A stretch of 63,727 nucleotides of DNA, counting the filler, from Anaerolineae bacterium (GTDB taxonomy: Bacteria; Chloroflexota; Anaerolineae; B4-G1; DUEL01), in the NCBI GenBank assembly GCA_041082215.1. It is 8 parts of 8 records of this genome, joined end to end, with 100 filler letters (N's around TTAATTAATTAA, not from the genome) between each part and the next. Parts side by side here need not be neighbours in the genome. Positions count along the whole stretch, not along the records: positions 56,362 to 57,856 come from JBDOIF010000122.1; positions 57,957 to 60,550 come from JBDOIF010000002.1; positions 60,651 to 62,178 come from JBDOIF010000021.1; positions 62,279 to 63,727 come from JBDOIF010000100.1; 4 more parts are not named here. One strand, given 5' to 3'. This document shows, piece after piece, positions 57,064-63,727 of this stretch. Within the stretch, counting starts at the first letter, position 1. Every line of letters begins with the position of its first letter. Below the pieces are notes generated by a model that saw nothing but the letters and a program-made list of their open reading frames with translations, was not told the origin of the DNA and did not search any database. Made by a program: the position numbers and the translations under genes.

Positions 57064-57783
57064 ATGAGCCTGGTGACCGTCCTGGGCCCTTACCTTCTCG
57101 TCGCCGGGCTGGCCGCCGCCTGGGCCCTGGCCGAGATCGTACAGACCTTCCACAGTGACATCCGTCGTGCCCTGAAGACTGGATGGAGCAACCTGTTCAT
57201 CGGTGTCAATCTCGCCTTTGCCCTCCTCATTTACTTCCTGGTGCGGTCCCTGGCCCCCCCATCGGCTAACCCGTGGCTCCTGGCCCTGGCAGCGGGGGCA
57301 GGATGGCAGGCCCTCCTCCGCTCCCGCGTCAACCTGCTCCAGCCCCTGAACCCCGACGCGGGGGGGACTGTTTCCCTCTCTCTGGCCGACCTTTACGGCC
57401 GCCTGCAGGAATTCTGCCGGGACCAGATTGACCGGAGCCTGGCCGCCGAACGTATCCGCCTCCTGGAACGAGCCTCGCGCGTCCCGCTGGAGGAGCTGGA
57501 GCGCCAACTGCGGTTGCACGCCCACGCTTCCGTCCTCCACCCCCCGGAAGAAGTGGAGTCCTACATTGAACGGCTCAGGCAGTATGACCCGGAACGACGG
57601 GCCTTGCTGCTGGCTTCCTGCCTCCTCCGTTTATATGGCTATGCCCTCCTTCAAGAGCGTTTGAAAGCTATGGAGAAACACGGTGAACGGCCAAGATTGT
57701 CCCCACGTGCTCCTCTTGCTCAGCAACCCGCTGATCGCGACCAGCCCGGTGGCAGTGGATCTGGCCCTGGAGAGGCTGGGTAA
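57064..57783 (+). CDS. Hypothetical membrane protein (3 TM helices + helical C-domain)
   Basis: Three hydrophobic helices followed by a charged helical domain (QIDRSLAAERIRLL). Confidence 0.75.
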   Translation: MSLVTVLGPYLLVAGLAAAWALAEIVQTFHSDIRRALKTGWSNLFIGVNLAFALLIYFLVRSLAPPSANPWLLALAAGAGWQALLRSRVNLLQPLNPDAGGTVSLSLADLYGRLQEFCRDQIDRSLAAERIRLLERASRVPLEELERQLRLHAHASVLHPPEEVESYIERLRQYDPERRALLLASCLLRLYGYALLQERLKAMEKHGERPRLSPRAPLAQQPADRDQPGGSGSGPGEAG

Positions 57784-57856
57784 CGGCCTGCAGGACATCA
57801 ACGCCCCGGCCACCTTCGTCGTCCGTGTGGCCGAACCAGACAGGCTCGGTTCCTAC
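57683..57856 (+). CDS. N-terminus of a further gene (possibly CHAT/caspase-like), truncated
   Basis: SD GGAG plus GTG. HVLLLLSNPL...VDLALE resembles the CHAT N-terminal strand. Confidence 0.35.
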
Positions 57857-58435
57857 NNNNNNNNNNNNNNNNNNNNNNNNNNNNNNNNNNNNNNNNNNNN
57901 TTAATTAATTAANNNNNNNNNNNNNNNNNNNNNNNNNNNNNNNNNNNNNNNNNNNNCGAACTGCCGGCCACAACCGGCTCCGCACCTTAACCGCACCCCC
58001 CGACCACCTGCCCCTTCTTGCCGATGGATGCTTCCTTCCGCTCCCCACTCCTCTACCTTCCCACTGCTCGCCCCAGCACCCCACCGACCCACCCGACCGA
58101 AAACGGCCACTCCAGCCTCATCGGCCCGCCGACCACCTCGCCGTTACGACCTTACCGGCCCGCCACCGCGCCGCATACCTATCGCCTCCTGCCACACCCC
58201 AGGCGTGGCTTCCCTACCACGCCAACTCTGCCCTGGACTCGACTGCAAAGCCTCACCGCTGCCTCCGACCTCGACGCCCCTCTACCCCCAGCTACCAGCG
58301 ACGTTCCTCCCCCAACCGGCCTCCCCTCGCCCTAGCGGACGCGTCCGCTCCTATCGCCGCAACCCTATCATCGCGCCGCACGGCTCTCGCGTATCCCCTT
58401 ACCACCCCTCCGGCCTTCAAAACCGCGCCTTCTGC

Positions 58436-58460
58436 GCCCAACTATTGAGTATATGGAAAT
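58436..58460 (-). other. Putative integron attI site
   Basis: Minus strand ATTTCCATATACTCAATA-GTTGGGC: a GTTRRRY core after an AT-rich stretch, about 340 bp upstream of and divergent from intI. Confidence 0.55.
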
Positions 58461-58608
58461 TCCTCCACCTATTCCGCACGATTGTTACTCCTGAAGCTTG
58501 TCCATCTAATTCCCCGAAATCTCCTCCTCTCAAAGACCGCTTTCCGTCAAATACCTTCACCTATTCGCAGGATCGCGCTTATCAGTCGATCAGGACCTGA
58601 CACCAACC

Positions 58609-58646
58609 AAAAAGCCACTGCTACCCCATACCTCCAGCAGTGGCTT
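58609..58646 (-). terminator. Putative intrinsic terminator between Pc and attI
   Basis: 11-bp perfect stem AAGCCACTGCT/AGCAGTGGCTT ending in a T-run on the minus strand. Confidence 0.5.
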
Positions 58647-58667
58647 GCATTCTCTGTCCTCCCTCCC

Positions 58668-58769
58668 TTGCGCTTAGCCGCGTTTCGCTTATAATACGCA
58701 CTGAGCACTCGAGGAAAGCTACCTCCTTACGCCGTTTATCAGTATAAGCAAAAAAATACCACTTGTCAA
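58668..58769. promoter_or_regulatory. Face-to-face promoters: PintI (+, TTGCGC-N16-TATAAT) and Pc (-, TTGACA-N17-TATACT)
   Basis: Hexamers at 58668-73 and 58690-95 (+), and 58764-69 and 58741-46 (-). Confidence 0.6.
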
Positions 58770-58783
58770 TAGGCAGCCAAACA

Positions 58784-59647
58784 ATGATGACTTCAACGCC
58801 CCAGCCACCTGCCAGACTCCTCGATCAGGTCCGCAATGCAATCCGCCGTAAGCACTACTCCATCCGCACCGAACAGGCCTATCTCTCCTGGATCAAACGC
58901 TTCATCCTCTTCCACAATAAACGCCACCCCCGCGAAATGGGTGCCCCAGAAATCGAAGCCTTCCTTACCTACCTCGCTGTCCAACGACGCGTCGCCGCCT
59001 CCACCCAGAACCAGGCCCTCGCCGCTATTCTCTTCCTCTACCGCGAGGTGCTCGGCATCGAATGCGACTTCCCCCTCAACGCCGTCCGCGCCAAACGCCC
59101 CATCCGCCTCCCAACTGTCCTCACCAGAGAAGAAACCCTCCGCGTCATCGCCGCCCTCTCCGGCACCCACCAGCTCATGGCCAAGCTCCTCTACGGCTCC
59201 GGCCTCCGCCTCATGGAATGCGTCCGCCTCCGCGTAAAGGACCTCGACTTCGAACAACACCTCATCGTCGTCCGCGACGGCAAGGGAATGAAGGACCGCA
59301 TCACAATCCTGCCAGATGGCCTGATCCAACCCCTCCAGGAACACCTTCAGCGGGTCAAAATGATCCACTTGCAGGACCTGGCCGAAGGCTATGGCGCCGT
59401 CCACCTCCCCTACGCCCTCGCCAGTAAATACCCCAGCGCCCCGAAAGAGTGGATCTGGCAATATGTCTTCCCCTCCGACCAACTGTCCACCGACCCGCGA
59501 ACCGGCATCACCCGCCGCCACCATATTGACCCAAGCACACTCCAAAAGGCGGTCCGTAAGGCCGCCCGCCTGGCCGGCATCAATAAGCACATCACCTGCC
59601 ATACCTTCCGCCACTCGTTCGCAACCCACCTGCTCGAAGCAAGATAG
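58784..59647 (+). pseudogene. intI: Integron integrase, C-terminally truncated (lacks the box II His/Tyr)
   Basis: [34 protein letters not shown] and the integron-specific insert (V.LP.AL..KYP...W.WQYVFP). It ends [15 protein letters not shown]. Confidence 0.9.
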
Positions 59648-59927
59648 CCCAAGTCGCCGAATCATCTTCTCATCGCTGCTCCCCCTGGACTGGCAAAGGG
59701 GCTTCGTTCCCCCTCCCCTAGTGCCGGTCACCACCCCGGAGAGAACGACCAACGACCTCTAGCGTGGTGACTGCTGGCACACAAGGAAGCCACCTGACCT
59801 GGCCGGCGCTCCACACAGTCCAGCACAGGGTGCTGGTGCGGAACCTCGATGGTGCTCCCCGTCGCGGTCGGCAGAAGGCCACCTCACAAGATAGCCCCAG
59901 ACCCTCACAACATAAAGGACCACCCCT

Positions 59928-60550
59928 ATGAAGTCAGGAACAGTAACGATTGCAGTTGCCAATCAGAAGGGCGGCACAGGGAAGACAACCACCGCCGTCA
60001 CGCTGGCCCACGGGCTGGCACTGGACAGACACCGGGTGCTCCTGGTGGATACCGACGTGCAGGGCCACGTAGCCACTGCCCTGGGACTGGAGAAGGCCCC
60101 GGGCGTCTACCGTATGGTCCAGTGGTTCCAGGGAATGGGCGACTTGCTGGTGGCGAACGCCCGGCCCAACCTGGACATTCTCCCCAGCGATAAGTCCACC
60201 GAGCCGGCCAAGCGCATCCTGGCTTCGGTGGATTTCCGGGAGCGCATCCTGGCCGAGGCGCTGGCGGAACTGGGCGGATACGATCTGGCAATCATTGACT
60301 GCGCTCCGTCGGTGGATGTGCTCCATATCGCTGCACTGGTCGCCGCTGACTGGCTGATCGTTCCCACCAGGCTGGACTACCTGGCCGTGGATGGTGTGAA
60401 CGAGGTGCTGGGGTCGCTTGTGGAGATCAAGCGCCGGTCGAGAGCCCCGGAACTCTTCGGCATCCTCCCCACCTTTTTCGACCGACAGACGAATGAGACG
60501 CTCACTCAGCTCCGTGTGCTCATTGATACCTTCGGCAATCTGGTTCTCCC
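59928..60550 (+). CDS. ParA/Soj-family ATPase (truncated)
   Basis: ANQKGGTGKTTT, LVD.D.QG and DCAPS. Confidence 0.92.
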
Positions 60551-60650
60551 NNNNNNNNNNNNNNNNNNNNNNNNNNNNNNNNNNNNNNNNNNNNTTAATT
60601 AATTAANNNNNNNNNNNNNNNNNNNNNNNNNNNNNNNNNNNNNNNNNNNN

Positions 60651-60960
60651 AGAGGATAAAACCTCCCAGCCAGAAGACCATACCAGGCAGAAGGTAGGCC
60701 AGACCGACGGCGGTCGCGCGCAGGCCGTCCACAAAGAGCCGGCTCCAATCACCCCAGGGAGGGAGTTCCGGCTCCTCCCCTCGGATGACCCGGCGCATCA
60801 CCTCTACAGCGTAGCCATAGACAAAGAGCGCTGGCACAATTGGGACCACCCAGCAGGCAAAGAGCAACGCGCAGCCAATAATGAACCGGTCGGCCCAATC
60901 CGGCCCCTGGAAGGGGAAGCGGAGCAGCGATTTCAGTTCGGAGAGGACATTTCGGTCCAT
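60651..60960 (-). CDS. DUF4013-domain membrane protein (truncated)
   Basis: FPF...W...IG..L, GY........G...LP.W..W..LF.DG. Confidence 0.75.
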
Positions 60961-61001
60961 GGCCAGTCTCCTTGATTTTGGCTCACACAAAGCGAGAACG
61001 A

Positions 61002-61523
61002 TCACGCCCGCCCATCCGCCTCCTGGAGGAGGGCCAGGAGACGGTCTTCTTCATCCTCCGACAGTCCCGGTGGTTCGTGGTGGCGGCGGATGAGGGCGAC
61101 GGTGAGCGGAGAACAACCTGCCTGCGCCGCCCACTCCGCCCCGATTTCGGCGTGCCGTTGATAAACCGCGAAGGGCCGCCGCCAGCCCCGAGGGTCGCCC
61201 TTACTGAGATGGTCCAGCCAGCGGGGAGCCCAGCGCTCCAGCAGGACCACCGCCACCCGCACCCAGAGGGGCGGGGGCCCGGCGGCCTTCCCCACGTCGT
61301 GCAGGAGTGCCGCCACCAGCAGGTCCGGCATCTGGGGCTCCCGCGCCGCCAGCGCCTGGTAGACCCTCAGCGCATGCCAACGGTCCGGGGCCGACATCCG
61401 GCGGAAGAGGGCCTGCTGGGCCGGAGTGAGCACCTGTGCGACGACGTCGGCATCCTCCCGGACCAGCGGGGCCGTCAGCGCGGCAAGGAACTGGCGCACC
61501 CGATAGACGGCCTGCCCCATCAC
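61002..61523 (-). CDS. HD-domain phosphohydrolase
   Basis: H..RV, AALLHDVGK, HAE.GA, HH and AD. Confidence 0.88.
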   Translation of the reverse strand: MMGQAVYRVRQFLAALTAPLVREDADVVAQVLTPAQQALFRRMSAPDRWHALRVYQALAAREPQMPDLLVAALLHDVGKAAGPPPLWVRVAVVLLERWAPRWLDHLSKGDPRGWRRPFAVYQRHAEIGAEWAAQAGCSPLTVALIRRHHEPPGLSEDEEDRLLALLQEADGRA

Positions 61524-62161
61524 AGCCAGAACAGGAGCATCTGGAGCGGGAATTTCACCAGTCCGATCAGCATGCCAACGAGGTCCAGCCCCAGATAGGG
61601 GAGCAGGAAGAGCAGTCCCAGCAGGACATAGGGGCTATACGGGCGGAAGGAGAGGAGCGCGTCCCCCCAGCGGGGCGGCAGAACCCCCACCAGTACCTTC
61701 TCCCCGTCCAGCGGGAAGAAGGGGAGCAGGTTGAAGAGAGCCAGGTTCAGGCTGACATCGGCGATAAGGAACAGAAGCGTCGCCAGATTCAGGCGCGCAG
61801 CAATCACATCCCCCACCGAAAGCCAGCCCAGCCGGAACGGCAGCGCGCAGAGCATGGCCAGCACCAGATTAGAAGCTGGCCCGGCGAAGGCGGAAAGGGC
61901 CATGCCCGCCCGGGGCGAGGTCCGCATCCGGTAGGGGTTGACCGGCACCGGTTTGGCCCAGCCGAAGCCTGTCAGCAGAATCAGGATGGCCCCCAGGATG
62001 TCCAGATGGGCCAGAGGGTTCAAACTCAGCCGGCCTTCCCAGCGGGGGGTATCATCCCCCAGTTCGTTGGCCGACCAGGCGTGGGCCCACTCGTGGAGCG
62101 GCATCCCCACCAGCAGGACAATCAGCCTCGCCAGAAACGTCACGGGTGAGATTCCCAGCAT
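61520..62161 (-). CDS. Site-2 protease (M50)
   Basis: HEWAH, NPLAHLD, GWAKPVP, AGP and NLLP.FPLDG. Confidence 0.93.
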   Translation of the reverse strand: MLGISPVTFLARLIVLLVGMPLHEWAHAWSANELGDDTPRWEGRLSLNPLAHLDILGAILILLTGFGWAKPVPVNPYRMRTSPRAGMALSAFAGPASNLVLAMLCALPFRLGWLSVGDVIAARLNLATLLFLIADVSLNLALFNLLPFFPLDGEKVLVGVLPPRWGDALLSFRPYSPYVLLGLLFLLPYLGLDLVGMLIGLVKFPLQMLLFWL

Positions 62162-62375
62162 CCCGCTCCTTTAGACCANNNNNNNNNNNNNNNNNNNNNN
62201 NNNNNNNNNNNNNNNNNNNNNNTTAATTAATTAANNNNNNNNNNNNNNNNNNNNNNNNNNNNNNNNNNNNNNNNNNNNCGGTTTTGAGCAGCGAAAATCG
62301 TTACGGAATCGCCATGTGATCTTGAAATCCGCAGCGCCACCAAAATTCGCCAGACTCCAGTCCATTATCATCCAT

Positions 62376-63727
62376 GACTCCACTGCAAAAAGGGGGCGGC
62401 GTCCGATTTTGAACGTGCTCCTCAAAATGGGCCAGGTCTGCTATAATCCAGGCAACCCTGGCGGAGGAGAAGGCCTTGTTCCGAAAGAACACCCGGCACC
62501 TGCAAATCCCGTTGACCAGCCACGTAGATGAACTGCCCGAACCGCTGCGGCAGCGATTGCAGAACTCCTGGGCGGAGACCTTCTACCGGGAATTCTTCTG
62601 CCGTCTGGACGAAACCCCCTTCGCCGTCCTGTATGCGGACATCCCTTCCCGCCCCAACGTGCCGGTCAACGTGCTGGTCGCCCTGGAGTTCCTCAAGGCC
62701 GCCAACGGCTGGACGGACGAAGAGATGTACAACGAGTTCTGTTACAACGTCCAGGTGCGCTATGCCCTGGGCTATCGCCACCTGGGCGAAGGGTACTTTG
62801 ACCTGCGCACCCTCTATTACTTCCGCGAGCGCCTGGCCCGCCATATGCAACAGACCGGCGAGAATCTGCTGGAGCAGGCCTTTGCGCAGGTGACCGATGA
62901 GCAACTGCAGGCCTTCTCCCTCAAGACCGGGAAACAGCGGATGGATAGCACCCTCCTGGCCTCCAACATCCGCCAGATGGGGCGCATCCAACTGCTGGTG
63001 ACCGTCTTGCAGCGAGTCTACCGCATGCTCTCGGAAGAGGACCAGCAGCGGTATGCGGACCGCTTCGCCCCCTATCTGCAGGGGCACGCCGGACAGTATG
63101 TCTATCGGCTGAAGAAAGAAGACTTCCCCACCCACCTGCAGCGCATCGGGGAAGCGATGCGCCGTCTGTTGACGGAACTGGAGGCCGACTACGGCGACCA
63201 GCCCGTCTATCAGGTTCTGGCCCGGGTCTTCGCCGAGCACTTCCGCCTGGAGCCGGAGCGCCTGGAGGTCAAAGAGTCCAGCGAACTGAGCGCCAGCAGT
63301 CTCCAGTCGCCGGATGACCTGGAGGCGACCTATCGGGAGAAAGGCGGAAAGGGTTGCCGGGGCTACGTGGTCAACGTCACCGAGACCTGTGACCCGGAGA
63401 ACCCGGTCCAGTTGATCACCCAGGTGCAGGTGGCGCCCAACACGACCGATGATAGCGTGCTGTTGGCCGAGGCGTTGCCGGACCTGAAAGCCCGCACCGG
63501 GGTGGAGACGCTCATCACCGATGGCGGTTATGGGAGTGCGGACAATGACCGGCTGCTGGCCGAGTATCAGGTCACCCTGATCCAGACCGCAATCCGGGGC
63601 CGGCCGCGTGACCTGGAGCAGTTCTATCTGGATGACTTCCAGGTCGGGACGGATGCGACGGGCACACCGGAGTGGGTCACCTGCCCGGTCGGAGTCACGG
63701 CGGCCGTGACCCTTTCCGGGTCGGGCC
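62376..63727 (+). mobile_element. Insertion sequence with DDE transposase (IS1182/IS5-like); CDS 62476 to beyond 63727, not in the ORF track
   Basis: SD GGAGGA plus TTG 62476 gives MFRKNTRHLQ...SRPNVPVNVL...QRMDST...SNI...SPDDLEATYR.K...GY...LITDGGY. Candidate IRL GACTCCACTGCAAAA at 62376. Confidence 0.85.

Noticed and set aside
58018..58600. Pro-rich plus-strand ORFs upstream of intI
   Set aside because: They are by-products of extreme C-skew, with no SD or domain, and one spans the putative attI.
56362..59647. Recombinase C-terminal fragment at 56362 as the missing end of intI
   Set aside because: It is on a different contig, and its sequence (GGNIRLAQELARHRSITTTQRYTH) is Xer-like rather than IntI-like (GYDIRTVQELLGH.DV.TT.IYTH).
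10810..62278. Recurrent TTAATTAATTAA palindrome
   Set aside because: Always centred in a 100-bp N block. It is an artificial contig linker, and ORFs running into it (ending XXX...LIN) are artefacts.

Overview
High-GC bacterial sequence, most likely a Chloroflexota (Anaerolineae-like) metagenome bin. The taxon is inferred from gene content, P/T-rich secreted proteins and codon style. The window is not one locus: seven 100-bp N/TTAATTAATTAA/N linkers join eight contigs, so neighbourhoods are only meaningful within a contig. Contig 1 (1-10809): RAYT transposase, NurA-HerA pair, 2-hydroxyacyl-CoA dehydratase/benzoyl-CoA reductase-type three-gene module, two-component genes. Contig 2 (10910-33164): mostly housekeeping (ECF sigma, pth, mfd, MFS, Flp pilin, menG/menA, Ca/H antiporter, nucleoside kinase, ogt, psuG, T-box-thrS). 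Contig 3 (33265-44735): DUF2723 membrane protein, split LKR/SDH saccharopine pair, GntR with twin carbamoyltransferases and carbamate kinase. Contig 4 (44836-56261): sensor kinases and the best candidate for an undescribed system, a four-gene operon encoding a Zn-ribbon/TM/5xOB-fold protein, a 2xOB-fold lipoprotein, a stand-alone TctA/DUF112-like permease and a YdjM-type membrane hydrolase. The short contigs hold a tyrosine recombinase tail with a wHTH/membrane-protein module, a truncated integron integrase with a putative attI, an ORF-less cassette and a ParA gene, DUF4013/HD/S2P genes, and an IS transposase. Several dispersed REP-like palindromes and heptamer/octamer microrepeats occur at gene junctions. 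No CRISPR, rRNA or tRNA was seen. All calls come from motif recognition by eye; no searches were run.
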